Of a DNA stretch of 41,659 bases, positions 7,727-18,155 are shown piece after piece; within the stretch, counting starts at the first letter, position 1; every line of letters starts with the position of its first letter. Under the pieces are notes generated by a model. It made no database searches. It was not told the origin of the DNA and worked only from the letters and a program-made list of their open reading frames with translations. A program made the position numbers and the translations under genes. The stretch is from a virus (Duplodnaviria; Caudoviricetes). The DNA lies in the IMG/VR virus record IMGVR_UViG_3300011339_000216, positions 1-41,659 of that record; one strand, given 5' to 3'.

Positions 7727-8074
7727 ATGCAACCTATCGTTGTTCGCACTACGGATGCCACCGCTGGCACAACTTATAGCCGCCCTGTCCGCATGGATAG
7801 CTTTGCCAATGCACAGTCCGTTGTTCAGGTTGATGTCACTGGCACGGTAAACTTCACTGTTGAAACGTCTATGGATGACCCCAATGACACGGTTAATCCC
7901 GTGGCAGAGGCCAGCATGGTATGGGCAAACGCTGTTGATACCAATCTGGTAGCAAAAACTGCGGATGCTGTTGGCGCGTTTGTTGTGACACCAACCTTTG
8001 TTCGCATCAAACAGGTTTCCGGCAACGGCTCCACCAAGATGACGATTGCTCAGTTTGGCAACGCGCCATACTAA
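7727..8074 (+). CDS. Putative small beta-sandwich virion protein
   Basis: VTGTVNFTVETSMDDP motif; tight packing in the operon. Confidence 0.7.
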   Translation: MQPIVVRTTDATAGTTYSRPVRMDSFANAQSVVQVDVTGTVNFTVETSMDDPNDTVNPVAEASMVWANAVDTNLVAKTADAVGAFVVTPTFVRIKQVSGNGSTKMTIAQFGNAPY

Positions 8075-8083
8075 GGGGTTCAA

Positions 8084-8800
8084 ATGGCCACCTCTGGAAC
8101 CTATACTTTTAATCCCAGCCTTGGTGAATTAACGCTTTATGCGTTTAATTTGTGCGGGGTGCGTAACACTGCGCTTCTCCAAGAACACATGGAATCGTCC
8201 CGTATGGCGACAAACATGATGTTGGCGCGTTGGTCCAACATGGGTGTAAACCTTTGGGCTGTGGATTTGGTAACGGTTCCTCTGGTGCAGGGCCAATCGG
8301 TATACTCTGTAGATCAGAACACTGTCATGATCTTGGACGCCTATATGGCTATAACCAATACGGGCCAAGAGATTGACCGGATCATTATGCCGATCTCCCG
8401 CACGGAGTATGCCTCCTATCCGAACAAGGCTCAGCAGGGCTTCACCACTGTGTTCTGGTATGACAGGCTGATTAGTAGTGACAGATCGACAGGTTCGGCT
8501 GGCCCATCTGTGACATTATGGCCTGTTCCTGACGGCCAGAGCGCACAGTATCTTAAGTATTACCGCGTTCGGCAGATACAGGACGCTGAGTTTAGCAACG
8601 GGCAAACTGCTGAGATTCCGTATTTGTGGATGGAAGCGTTTGCTTATGGGCTGGCTGCTCGTTTGGCTGTTATTTGGTCTCCAGACAAGGCTGTTACGCT
8701 GAAAGCCATGGCTGATGAGTCTTACCAGATTGCTGCTGATCAGAACGTAGAAACGGCAAATACTTATATTAGCCCTATGATAAGCGGGTATTTTAGATGA
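8084..8800 (+). CDS. Putative head-tail adaptor / tail ring (tubular A-like) protein
   Basis: MATSGTYTFN, GVNLW, ISRTEYASYPNK, LWPVPD, EAFAYGLAARLA motifs. Confidence 0.65.
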   Translation: MATSGTYTFNPSLGELTLYAFNLCGVRNTALLQEHMESSRMATNMMLARWSNMGVNLWAVDLVTVPLVQGQSVYSVDQNTVMILDAYMAITNTGQEIDRIIMPISRTEYASYPNKAQQGFTTVFWYDRLISSDRSTGSAGPSVTLWPVPDGQSAQYLKYYRVRQIQDAEFSNGQTAEIPYLWMEAFAYGLAARLAVIWSPDKAVTLKAMADESYQIAADQNVETANTYISPMISGYFR

Positions 8801-9423
8801 ACGTGTTCTATGTATATGAACACTGGCGGCCTGATAAAAATGTCTGCTTTTATGTAGGTAAAGGCAAAAATAAACGCGCTTGGGATATGAAGCATATGAG
8901 AAACCGCCATCATCAGGCGGTTGTTTCAAAACTAACGGCTATGGGCCTTGCCGTTAATGTAAAAATTGTTGTTGAACATATTTCAAATGAGACGGCAATA
9001 TCATTAGAAATTGACCGGATTGCTTTTTATGGCATGGAAAATTTAACAAATTTAACGGCTGGGGGAGACGGAATGGCAAACCCCACGCCAGAAACCCGCG
9101 CCAAAATATCTGCCTCTCAAAAAGCTCGGTTCCAACGCCCTGAAGAGATGGAAAAAGTTTATCAAAGAAACAGAAACCGGATTATATCAAACGAAACACG
9201 GGAAAAACTTTCTGCTGCTGGTAAAAATCGTAAATTATCTGAAGAGCATAAACAAAAGTTAAGTAAATTTGCAAAAGAACGTGGCATTTCTCCGCAAGTA
9301 AGAGCGGCGCAAAAACTTGCTGTGACAGGTAAAGCCCGCGCGCCATTCACAGAGCAGACTCGGTTAAGAATGTCCGAAGCGGCTAAGTTGCGAGAGCAAC
9401 AAAAGAAAGAGCGGAGGATATAA
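8797..9423 (+). mobile_element. Free-standing GIY-YIG-like homing endonuclease with NUMOD3-like repeats
   Basis: FYVYEH...FYVGKG, NLTNLTAGGDG, repeated xETRxKxS helices; visibly AT-richer; ATGA and TAATG overlaps with neighbours. Confidence 0.75.
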
Positions 9424-10265
9424 TGGGTTACGCCTCCAAGGCTGGGAGAGCCAAAACTAGCGCAACAAACCCACAGGCACATGCAATATGTGATCGTTGC
9501 GGTTTTCGTTATAACGCTGTGAACCTGAGGTTCCAGTTTGATTGGCGCGGTACTTCTTTGCAAAACATCAAAATGCTTGTATGCGACCCGTGCTATGACG
9601 AGCCGCAGCAGCAACTCCGCGCTATTGTCGTCCCGGCTGATCCAGTGCCGATCATGAACCCGCGTCTTCAGGACTTTGTTAACGCTGAGACAAATTATAT
9701 CGTTGCTCAGACCCCGACTACATACGATGCAATGACAGGCATCCCTGTGCCAAACGGCGACAATTTGACAACGGTAGACGGCGACAACATCACCATGCAG
9801 CCAGTCGGGCCGCCATTAGGGCTGGCTCCCGGGGCTGTCATGCCATTGAATGGCACAGTGCATTTTGACATTGAAATATCCGTGTCACAGATTTATTCAA
9901 CCGGGACAAATGTCATTACGGTTGTTTGCACGGCGGCGCATGGGCTTTCAACCAATGACCAAGTGTCTATTTATGGCACATCAAACAACCAGATTATGGG
10001 TTTCTTCAGTGTAAATGTCACATCTCCCACTGAGTTTACCTATGAGATTGTTCCGTTTATCAGTGCGGGAATTTATGTAACCGATACCACACGGGTAGCA
10101 ACATGCTCGGTTGGCTTGCCTTTCGGTTATATCAAAATCCCGATTGTGGACATTATCAAATCGCAGAACGCGCCAACGCCATATTTCTTTGTAAATAACA
10201 GCAACCAGCCCATCTTCTTCACCAATAATGCTGGCGATGTTCTCCTCTGGAGTTTTACGCCATGA
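9423..10265 (+). CDS. Virion-module protein with N-terminal CxxC...CxxC zinc finger and beta-rich C-terminal extension
   Basis: AICDRCGFRY...LVCDPCYDEPQQQL; later ITVVCTAAHGLSTNDQVSI. Confidence 0.7.
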   Translation: MGYASKAGRAKTSATNPQAHAICDRCGFRYNAVNLRFQFDWRGTSLQNIKMLVCDPCYDEPQQQLRAIVVPADPVPIMNPRLQDFVNAETNYIVAQTPTTYDAMTGIPVPNGDNLTTVDGDNITMQPVGPPLGLAPGAVMPLNGTVHFDIEISVSQIYSTGTNVITVVCTAAHGLSTNDQVSIYGTSNNQIMGFFSVNVTSPTEFTYEIVPFISAGIYVTDTTRVATCSVGLPFGYIKIPIVDIIKSQNAPTPYFFVNNSNQPIFFTNNAGDVLLWSFTP

Positions 10266-10299
10266 TCATGTATGTTGATGACGTTGCAGGAGAGTTCTG

Positions 10300-11676
10300 A
10301 TGTCGCTTCCAGTTACGTTGCCATACACTATTGGGACAATGAACGGTCTTGTTCCTGCAAGCGACCTTGACGCTAACTATGATGTGCTGGCCGCAGCTAT
10401 TAATGGCATTAACTCTGGTTCAAACCCGCTGACAAACGTCTCAGTGACAGGCGGCACATGGGCTGGCTCTCCTATTGGCATATCATACGGTGGCACGGGC
10501 CTGACATCTGCGCCAACCAACGGGCAACTGTTGATCGGCAATGGCACGGGTTACACGCTTTCGACGATTACTGCTGGGTCAGGCATCACAGTCACCAACA
10601 CTTCTGGCGGTATCAGTATTGCCGTTTCTGGTGGCTCCACTGGCACGGTGACAAGCGTTGCAGTGAGCGGCGGCACAACGGGCCTGACAACCAGTGGCGG
10701 GCCTATTACAACGTCTGGAACGATTACGCTGGCTGGGACACTTGCTGTCGCCAATGGCGGCACGGGTGTGACTACAAGCACTGGCTCAGGCAACAATGTC
10801 CTTTCAACCAGCCCAACGCTGGTTACGCCGATCTTGGGAACGCCCACATCAGTCACATTGACCAATGCAACTGGCTTACCGTTGACCACAGGTGTGACCG
10901 GAACTCTTGCTGCGACGAATGGCGGAACTGGCCTTTCGACTTATGCCAAGGGCGACATCATTTATGCTTCTGCCACCAATACGCTGTCCAAGTTGGTTGC
11001 TGGCACTGACGGCTATGTGCTGAAACTGGCAAGCGGCGTTCCCACATGGCAATCGGCATCGGCGGCTTTGGTTGTCGGAACCAGCACGGTTACTGGCGGT
11101 GCAAGCGGGCAAATCTTGTATGACAACTCAGGCGTGATTGGCGAAAAGGCAACGACTGGTTCGGGCAATGTGGTTCTTGCAACCAGTCCAACGCTTGTTA
11201 CTCCAGTTCTGGGGACGCCAACTTCTGTCACCCTGACCAATGCCACTGGCCTTCCTGTCGGCGGCATCAGCGCAACGGGGACTCCATCTGTTACCACCTT
11301 CCTGCGCGGGGATGGTTCTTGGTCTAGCCCTGCAACCGCCAGTGGTTTGACGGTCGGGACCACCACAATCACAGGCGGCACAACAGGCCGTATCTTGTAT
11401 GACAATTCTGGCGTTGTCGGTGAGTTGGCGACAACTGGGACTGGGAGCGTTGTTCTTGCGACAAGCCCAACACTTGTTACGCCAATCCTCGGAACCCCCA
11501 CTTCTGGCACGTTAACCAATGCTACAGGGCTTCCTTTAACAACAGGGGTGACGGGGACGCTTCCCATTGCCAATGGCGGCACAAACGCAACAACAGCAGC
11601 AACCGCACTAAGCAATCTTGGCGGTGTTTCAACAGGAAAAAGCATCGCAATGGCGATTGTCTTCGGTGGCGGCTAG
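10300..11676 (+). CDS. Thr/Gly-rich tail fibre-like protein
   Basis: SD aggag; 3x TGSGxVVLxTSPTLVTPxLGTPTSxTLTNATGLP; ends STGKSIAMAIVFGGG. Confidence 0.75.
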   Translation: MSLPVTLPYTIGTMNGLVPASDLDANYDVLAAAINGINSGSNPLTNVSVTGGTWAGSPIGISYGGTGLTSAPTNGQLLIGNGTGYTLSTITAGSGITVTNTSGGISIAVSGGSTGTVTSVAVSGGTTGLTTSGGPITTSGTITLAGTLAVANGGTGVTTSTGSGNNVLSTSPTLVTPILGTPTSVTLTNATGLPLTTGVTGTLAATNGGTGLSTYAKGDIIYASATNTLSKLVAGTDGYVLKLASGVPTWQSASAALVVGTSTVTGGASGQILYDNSGVIGEKATTGSGNVVLATSPTLVTPVLGTPTSVTLTNATGLPVGGISATGTPSVTTFLRGDGSWSSPATASGLTVGTTTITGGTTGRILYDNSGVVGELATTGTGSVVLATSPTLVTPILGTPTSGTLTNATGLPLTTGVTGTLPIANGGTNATTAATALSNLGGVSTGKSIAMAIVFGGG

Positions 11677-11686
11677 GAGTTAAAAA

Positions 11687-12040
11687 ATGGCGAATCCAAA
11701 CATTGTCAATGTCACAGCAATCTACGGCACAACCTATGTGCAAGCGGTTGGCGTGTCCGCTACTGCCATTGTTACGAACGCTGCGGCGTCTGGCACGGTA
11801 ATTAAGTTGGACGCGCTGTATGTCGGGAACATTGACACATCGGCATCATACAAGATCACTGTGGACCTTTATCGGTCATCAACAGCATATAACATCCTGT
11901 ATCAGATTTCTATTCCTGCTGGTGCTGGCTTGGATGTGCTGTCCAAATCAATTTATCTGCAAGAGGGTGATGCACTTCGTCTGACGGCAGATACAGCAAG
12001 CAAACTTCAGGCTGTCGCTTCTGGAGAGGTTATTTCCTAA
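11687..12040 (+). CDS. Small virion/fibre-associated protein
   Basis: SD aggag; MANPNIVNVTAIYG, KSIYLQEGDAL. Confidence 0.7.
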   Translation: MANPNIVNVTAIYGTTYVQAVGVSATAIVTNAAASGTVIKLDALYVGNIDTSASYKITVDLYRSSTAYNILYQISIPAGAGLDVLSKSIYLQEGDALRLTADTASKLQAVASGEVIS

Positions 12041-14019
12041 TGCGTAAAGGCAACGGCGGCATTATTGGGCCATTGAACAACCCAACGTCTACTGTTGCGG
12101 CGGGCATCTGGTCTATGGATGAACAGCAACAGTCTCTTGGTGCGCGTCAGTGGCCCGGAACCCCTGCTGTGGCAAAACCAAACCCACCAAATTTTGCTGT
12201 TTCTGCCACATTTACCGCGTCCATAAGCGGGTCAACCATGACTGTCACTGCCGTGTCGGTCGGGACCATTGCTGTCGGACAAGTCATCACTGACACTGAT
12301 GTAGCGCAATATACCACTATTACGGCTTTAGGCACTGGAACGGGTGGTGTTGGCACATACACCGTATCTATTGGGCAAACGGTGGCCTCTTCGGAGTTGT
12401 CAGCAACCGTTTCCGTAACGTCAATCACATCATCCACGTCATCTATCCAAATCCCATATACGCTTGGCTACAATGGCGGTAGTCCGATTACGTCTGTTAC
12501 CGCAAAAGTGTATTTAGGAAGTTCGCTTGTAAGGACTGTATCAGGCACAAGTTCACCGCTTACTGCCACAAATATCCCGAACAACGCAGTTTATTCAATA
12601 ACTTTGACGGCGACCAATGCCGTTGGAACCAGTATACCAAGCACCGGGCCGTTTGTTAAAACGCCAGCAGTTCCTGTTGCGCCTGTTATCGGGGCGGCAA
12701 CCCTTGTTGGTGACAACGGAGCGTCCGTTGCCTTTACGCCATCTACTAGCAACAATGGATCAACAATTACAGTATACACCGCTGTATCAAGCCCCGGAGG
12801 ATTTACAGGGACTGGCGCAACATCGCCGATCTCAGTATCTGGCCTTGGGTTTAGCACCAGTTATACGTTTACCGTGTATGCGACAAACGCTATTGGTAAC
12901 AGCGCATCTTCGTCTGCATCTAATAGCATCACAACAAACGCTGCTGCTGCTACATACCTTATCCAAGCGGCTGGTGGTGGTGGTGGCACGGGCGGCGGCG
13001 GGGCTGGTGGTTACCTTGCGGGCAACTTTGTTTATTCCACGGGGGTTGCTTATCCGGTTGTTGTCGGCACGGGCGGGGCTGGGAACCAGTGGTCGCCGGG
13101 GACTAACGGTAACGACTCGTCGGTGTTTAGCCTAACAGCAACAGGTGGTGGCGGCGGCGGCGGGTACGCAGCGTCAGGCACAACTAGCAATGGTAAAAAC
13201 GGCGGCTCCGGCGGCGGAGCGGGTATCTACCCCGGCACAGCAACGGCTGGCACGGGTGTTTCTGGACAGGGTTATGCTGGCGGCATTGGATATGCAGCAT
13301 CTCCGTATTCTGGTGGCGGCGGTGGCGGTTCAGCCCAAGTGGGCCGTGCCGCATCAATTCCACCTGATTCAACTCAGGGAATGGGTGTCGGCGGTAATGG
13401 AACTGCGAACACAATCCTTGGTGTTAATTCCACAGCAACTTTTGTGGGGGCTATTGCCAATAACACATTGACGGTTTCGTCTGTATCCACTGGAACAATA
13501 ACTGTTGGTATGGTGTTTACGGTTCCATCATTCTATAACCCAGCAACGGGAACTTCTTACACATCTACTCTCCAGTCCATCATTGCTCTTGGCACTGGAA
13601 CTGGCGGTGCAGGAACGTATTTGGTGTCTTGGCCTCAGACGTTGGCATCTACTACATTGACTGGCGTTGCGTATTTTGGCGGCGGCGGTGCGGGTGGTGC
13701 TTTTGTTAACGGCACATGGCCTACCACAACTATTGGCGGTGGTATGGGTGGCGGCGGCGCGGCAGCGGCGGCGTATAATACTGCTCCTTACGATAAATCT
13801 GGTCGTCCCGGCGTTCAGTATCTTGGCGGTGGCGGCGGCGGTATTGCTGGTGAATCTGTTGCTGGAACCAGCGGTGCGGGTGGAACGGGTGTTGTTATTA
13901 TCAGGTCCGCAGGGGCCGCTGCTTCAACGACTGGTTCTCCGACAGTGCTTCGGTCTGGCGCGGGCAGCACAGGGGATTACATCTACAAATTCACTGGCAA
14001 CGGTTCTATAACTTGGTGA
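12040..14019 (+). CDS. Fibre/adhesin-like protein with two Fn3-like domains and a glycine-rich domain
   Basis: NGGSPITS...YSITLTATNAVGTS, YTFTVYATNAIGNS; AGGGGG repeats; ends GVVIIR...YIYKFTGNGSITW. Confidence 0.75.
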   Translation: MRKGNGGIIGPLNNPTSTVAAGIWSMDEQQQSLGARQWPGTPAVAKPNPPNFAVSATFTASISGSTMTVTAVSVGTIAVGQVITDTDVAQYTTITALGTGTGGVGTYTVSIGQTVASSELSATVSVTSITSSTSSIQIPYTLGYNGGSPITSVTAKVYLGSSLVRTVSGTSSPLTATNIPNNAVYSITLTATNAVGTSIPSTGPFVKTPAVPVAPVIGAATLVGDNGASVAFTPSTSNNGSTITVYTAVSSPGGFTGTGATSPISVSGLGFSTSYTFTVYATNAIGNSASSSASNSITTNAAAATYLIQAAGGGGGTGGGGAGGYLAGNFVYSTGVAYPVVVGTGGAGNQWSPGTNGNDSSVFSLTATGGGGGGGYAASGTTSNGKNGGSGGGAGIYPGTATAGTGVSGQGYAGGIGYAASPYSGGGGGGSAQVGRAASIPPDSTQGMGVGGNGTANTILGVNSTATFVGAIANNTLTVSSVSTGTITVGMVFTVPSFYNPATGTSYTSTLQSIIALGTGTGGAGTYLVSWPQTLASTTLTGVAYFGGGGAGGAFVNGTWPTTTIGGGMGGGGAAAAAYNTAPYDKSGRPGVQYLGGGGGGIAGESVAGTSGAGGTGVVIIRSAGAAASTTGSPTVLRSGAGSTGDYIYKFTGNGSITW

Positions 14020-14023
14020 TGTA

Positions 14024-14392
14024 ATGGCAAACTTTGCAAAACTTAACGATCAAAATGTTGTGATTGATGTTAATGCCGTGGCAAATGCTGTGGTGGATGA
14101 TTTGCCGTTTCCAGAAAGCGAGCCTGTTGGGGTTGCATTTTTAACTGAATGGTCTGGTGGTTACACAAACTGGAAACAGACATCCTACAATGCAAGTTTC
14201 CGTAAAAATCTGGCGGGTATTGGATATACATATGATGCCGTGCTTGATGCGTTTATCGCCCCAAAGCCGTATCCAAGCTGGTTGCTAAACACAAATACAT
14301 GCCAGTGGGTTCCTCCCACCCCTTACCCTTCTGACGGAAACATGTATACTTGGGACGAAGCCACACAGTCATGGGTGAAGGTCAATGTCTAA
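14024..14392 (+). CDS. Small fibre-associated protein
   Basis: MANFAKL...WKQTSYN...FRKNLAGIGYTYD...AFIAPKPYPSW...YTWDE; follows the glycine-rich gene. Confidence 0.75.
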   Translation: MANFAKLNDQNVVIDVNAVANAVVDDLPFPESEPVGVAFLTEWSGGYTNWKQTSYNASFRKNLAGIGYTYDAVLDAFIAPKPYPSWLLNTNTCQWVPPTPYPSDGNMYTWDEATQSWVKVNV

Positions 14393-16694
14393 CATTCCAA
14401 TAACAAACCTACCCCAAGCTGTTTCCATAACTGGTTCGGAAGAAATCCCTGCTGTTCAATCAAACTCTTCCGTGCGCGTGACGGCGCAGCAAATTGCTGA
14501 TTTAAACACAAATACTGGCACGGTTACACAGATTGATACAACGGCTCCTATCACTGGCGGGCCAATAACAACATCCGGCACAATCGCCTTGGCATCTCAG
14601 GGCGTCACCAATGCCTATCTTGCATTGATGCCTGCTTACACGCTGAAGGGCAATGCCACTGGCGCGGATGCTGTTGCACAGGATTTGACGGCGACACAAG
14701 CTCTTGGAGTCCTTGGTATTGGCAGTATTGCCAATAATACGCTGTTGGGGAACGTGTCAGGTTCAACGGCAAACCCTACCGCAAACACCTTGTCGTCCTA
14801 TATCGACAGCGCAATCAGCAGCACTCAAGGGTCTCTTCTTTACAGAAACGCCTCAAGCTGGGTAGCTCTTGCGCCGGATACAGTAGGCAAAGTTCTCAGC
14901 ACCAATGGCACAGCGGCTAATCCGTCATGGATTGCAATAGCTGGCACGGGGACTGTTACATCTGTTGCGACAGGAACTGGTCTAACAGGTGGTCCAATTA
15001 CGTCATCTGGGACAATCAGCATTGCCAATACGGCGGTGACGGCTGGCACATATGGCTCCGCAAGTCAGGTTCCGACATATCAGGTTAACGCTCAGGGCCA
15101 GTTAACCAATGCAACCAATGTGGCGATTGCCATTGATGCTGGCGCGGTAACAACTGGCATTTTGCCGATTGCCCGTGGTGGCACTGCAAATGCTTCGACA
15201 CCGCTTGATGGTCAGTTGCTGATCGGCAATGGCACAGGCTATTCGCTGAATACAATCTCGGCTGGGGCGGGTGTTACGGTTGCCAACAGTGCTGGCGGTA
15301 TTTCTGTCGGACTGACCAACACGGCTGTTTCCAGCGGTTCTTATGGCTCGTCTTCTTCGGTTTCGACATTCACTGTGAACAGTCAAGGCCAGTTGACCGC
15401 TGCCGCTTCCGTGCCAATCAATGCCGTTGCGTTGACCACGGGAACTATTAGCACTGCGCCATCTAGTTCCATAGACATTGTGAACAAAGATTACGTTGAT
15501 TCGGTTGCTCAGGGTTTGAACTTTCATGCGGCTTGTAATTACGCATCAACCACCAGCAATGTTTACACTGCCACCTATTACAATGGCCCAGCCAACAATG
15601 GCGTTGGGGCCACGCTGACAAACGCTGGTGCAAATGCTGCGTTTGCTATCGACAGCGTGACAATGACAAGTGGCAATATCGGCAACCGTTTGCTGATTAA
15701 GAACCAAGCTGACGCCGCCCAAAATGGGGTTTACACGCTGACAACAGTTGGCAGTGGGTCTGTAGCATGGGTTCTGACACGCGCTACCGATTATGACACC
15801 AGCGGCACGGGAACCAATGAAATTGATGCTGGCGACTTCTTCTATGTGCTGTCGGGCAATACGCTTGCCAACACATCTTGGGTTCAGCAAACACCACTTC
15901 CGATCATCGTTGGAACAACCAGCATTGTCTTTACTCAGTTTGGCGCACAGACCGCCTATTCGGCTGGCACGGGCCTGACGCTTCTTGGAACCACATTCAA
16001 CATCACCAACACGGCTGTTACCGCCAATAGCTATGGCTCGGCGTCGTCTGTTGGCACGTTCACTGTAAACGCACAAGGGCAGCTTACAGCGGCTTCTAGC
16101 ACCAGTATCGCCATTGACGCTGCGGCAGTGACAACTGGGACGCTGCCTGTCCTGCGCGGCGGCACGGGCGTAACAACCAGCACAGGTTCGACCAATGTTG
16201 TCCTGAGTAACAGCCCGACCCTGACCACGCCATTCATCAGCCAGATCAATGGCGGTTCTGCGGTTAGTTCCACCCTGACCTTGCAATCGACAACGGGCGT
16301 TGGTTCGTCTGACAGCATTGTCTTGAAGGTGGGCAACAACGGCGCAACAACCGCCATGAGTGTGGCAACGACTGGCATTGTATCATTCCCAACCACAGGT
16401 GCGATTGTCATCCCGACAAGCACTACGGGAAACAGGCCAACTGCGGCAACGGGTATGCTCCGGTTTAATACCACAACAACCGCTTTTGAAGGTTACAATG
16501 GCACGGCGTGGGGTTCTATTGGCGGTGGTGCTACAGGTGGTGGAACTGACCAGATTTTCTATTTGAACGGGCAGACAGTCACCACAACTTATGATATACC
16601 GTCAGGCCAGAACGCTGGGACATTCGGCCCTGTAACAGTTAATAGCGGGGCGGTTGTCACCGTGCCATCTGGTTCAACTTGGAGCATTGTCTGA
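14385..16694 (+). CDS. Long tail fibre-like protein
   Basis: 3x NTAVxxxxYGSxSxVxTxxVNxQGQLT; NKDYVDSVAQGL; RLLIKNQADAAQNGVY; GMLRFNTTTTAFEGYNGTAWG. Confidence 0.8.
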   Translation: MSNIPITNLPQAVSITGSEEIPAVQSNSSVRVTAQQIADLNTNTGTVTQIDTTAPITGGPITTSGTIALASQGVTNAYLALMPAYTLKGNATGADAVAQDLTATQALGVLGIGSIANNTLLGNVSGSTANPTANTLSSYIDSAISSTQGSLLYRNASSWVALAPDTVGKVLSTNGTAANPSWIAIAGTGTVTSVATGTGLTGGPITSSGTISIANTAVTAGTYGSASQVPTYQVNAQGQLTNATNVAIAIDAGAVTTGILPIARGGTANASTPLDGQLLIGNGTGYSLNTISAGAGVTVANSAGGISVGLTNTAVSSGSYGSSSSVSTFTVNSQGQLTAAASVPINAVALTTGTISTAPSSSIDIVNKDYVDSVAQGLNFHAACNYASTTSNVYTATYYNGPANNGVGATLTNAGANAAFAIDSVTMTSGNIGNRLLIKNQADAAQNGVYTLTTVGSGSVAWVLTRATDYDTSGTGTNEIDAGDFFYVLSGNTLANTSWVQQTPLPIIVGTTSIVFTQFGAQTAYSAGTGLTLLGTTFNITNTAVTANSYGSASSVGTFTVNAQGQLTAASSTSIAIDAAAVTTGTLPVLRGGTGVTTSTGSTNVVLSNSPTLTTPFISQINGGSAVSSTLTLQSTTGVGSSDSIVLKVGNNGATTAMSVATTGIVSFPTTGAIVIPTSTTGNRPTAATGMLRFNTTTTAFEGYNGTAWGSIGGGATGGGTDQIFYLNGQTVTTTYDIPSGQNAGTFGPVTVNSGAVVTVPSGSTWSIV

Positions 16695-17383
16695 TGCCTG
16701 TAAAATTAAACGGTTCCACTTCAGGGTATGCCCAGATCAGTGCGGCAGCGGTAGCGGCAAGCAACACACTTACCCTTCCTGATGGCAACTCCACGCTTGT
16801 TGATCTGGTAACAACACAGACCCTTACCAACAAGACGCTGACAAGCCCAACCCTGACCACTCCTACGATTACCAGCCCGACAATCAACGGGACGCCCGTT
16901 ATGGGGGCAAGTGTCATTACTTCTGCGACTGTTCAAACATCAACCAGCGGCACAAGCATTACGTTTTCGTCCATCCCATCTTGGGTTAAACGTATTGTTG
17001 TGATGTTGAACGGGGTGTCCACAAGCGGGACTTCAAGAGTTATTGTCCAGTTAGGTGCTGGTTCGGTTACAGCAACTGGGTATCTGGGAGCAACGACCCA
17101 AGTGCAAGACGCAGGAACTCCGACAGGGGTTAACTTTTCAACAGGTTTTCTTACAGATTTAGCCGCAAATGCTACTGCTGTTCGATATGGGCAGATTGTT
17201 CTAACTTTGCTTACAGGAAATACTTGGGTCGAAGCTGGCGCAGTTGGTCGGTCTGATGCTGCAACAACTTCTACTTCTGGCGGCGTCATTGCACTTTCTG
17301 GCACGTTGGACCGCGTTGTGGTTACTACTGTTAACGGCACAGACACGTTTGATGCTGGTTCTATCAACATTCAGTATGAATAA
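16694..17383 (+). CDS. Fibre-tip-like protein, paralogue 1
   Basis: TGATG coupling at 16694; STSGTSITFSSIPSWVKR...DTFDAGSINIQYE. Confidence 0.75.
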   Translation: MPVKLNGSTSGYAQISAAAVAASNTLTLPDGNSTLVDLVTTQTLTNKTLTSPTLTTPTITSPTINGTPVMGASVITSATVQTSTSGTSITFSSIPSWVKRIVVMLNGVSTSGTSRVIVQLGAGSVTATGYLGATTQVQDAGTPTGVNFSTGFLTDLAANATAVRYGQIVLTLLTGNTWVEAGAVGRSDAATTSTSGGVIALSGTLDRVVVTTVNGTDTFDAGSINIQYE

Positions 17384-17392
17384 GAGGGCGAC

Positions 17393-18145
17393 ATGGCAAT
17401 CACGCTAGACGGAACCACTGGCATCACAGCCCCCGGCGTAACGGACACAGGTAACCTTAGTGTTACTGGAACGTCCACGCTTACTGGCGCGGTTTCTCAG
17501 ACAAGTTCGTCCACTGCTGCATCGTTCATCCCGACTGGTTCAACCGTGCCAGCCAATGGTATGTATCTGTCAGCCGCTAATACGCTAAACCTTGCCACCA
17601 ACACCACCAGTCAGGTGTCGATCTCCTCTGGCGGTATTGTCACAGGCACGGCTGGCAACTTGATGCTAGTGCAGGGGACCGCACAGGCATCGACCAGTGG
17701 AACAAGCGTTAACTTTACAAGCGTTATTCCTTCTTGGGCAAAGCGCGTTACAATGGCGTTTAACGGCGTGTCTACAGGTAGCACCAACAATCTTATTGTT
17801 CAATTAGGCGTAGGTGGCACTTATGTAATTACAGGCTATTCCGCGCAAACTACTGGTATCGCAAGTTCATCTGGGGCAACATCCTCTTCAACCGTTGGTT
17901 TCCCTATTTACCACAATGTTGCTACATACGCTTGGTCTGGCGTTGTTACGCTGCAAAATGTTTCTGGCAATATTTGGGTGGCTAGCGGTGTTCTTGGTAA
18001 CGCAACTACTACTGCACTTTCGGCGATGACCTCTGGGGTTATATCGTTAGCGGGTGTTTTAGATAGTGTGCGCGTAATTGCTAGTGCAACAGGTTCGCCA
18101 TCAGATACATTTGACGCTGGTTCCATCAACATTCAGTGGGAATAA
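17393..18145 (+). CDS. Fibre-tip-like protein, paralogue 2
   Basis: STSGTSVNFTSVIPSWAKR...DTFDAGSINIQWE. Confidence 0.75.
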   Translation: MAITLDGTTGITAPGVTDTGNLSVTGTSTLTGAVSQTSSSTAASFIPTGSTVPANGMYLSAANTLNLATNTTSQVSISSGGIVTGTAGNLMLVQGTAQASTSGTSVNFTSVIPSWAKRVTMAFNGVSTGSTNNLIVQLGVGGTYVITGYSAQTTGIASSSGATSSSTVGFPIYHNVATYAWSGVVTLQNVSGNIWVASGVLGNATTTALSAMTSGVISLAGVLDSVRVIASATGSPSDTFDAGSINIQWE

Positions 18146-18155
18146 GGATTCTATC

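Noticed and set aside
8797-9423. Group I intron around the endonuclease gene
   Set aside because: No non-coding flanks; the neighbouring genes are intact and directly overlap it
9423-10265. Ubiquitin-like conjugation system (GG motifs plus an E1-FCCH-like segment)
   Set aside because: No E1/E2/JAB or beta-grasp protein seen; the HGL-x-x-x-D-x-V segment is a generic beta module of phage tail proteins
10458-16474. Many long antisense and alternate-frame ORFs over the fibre genes
   Set aside because: Expected shadows of Thr/Gly/Val-rich codon usage; no SD or motifs
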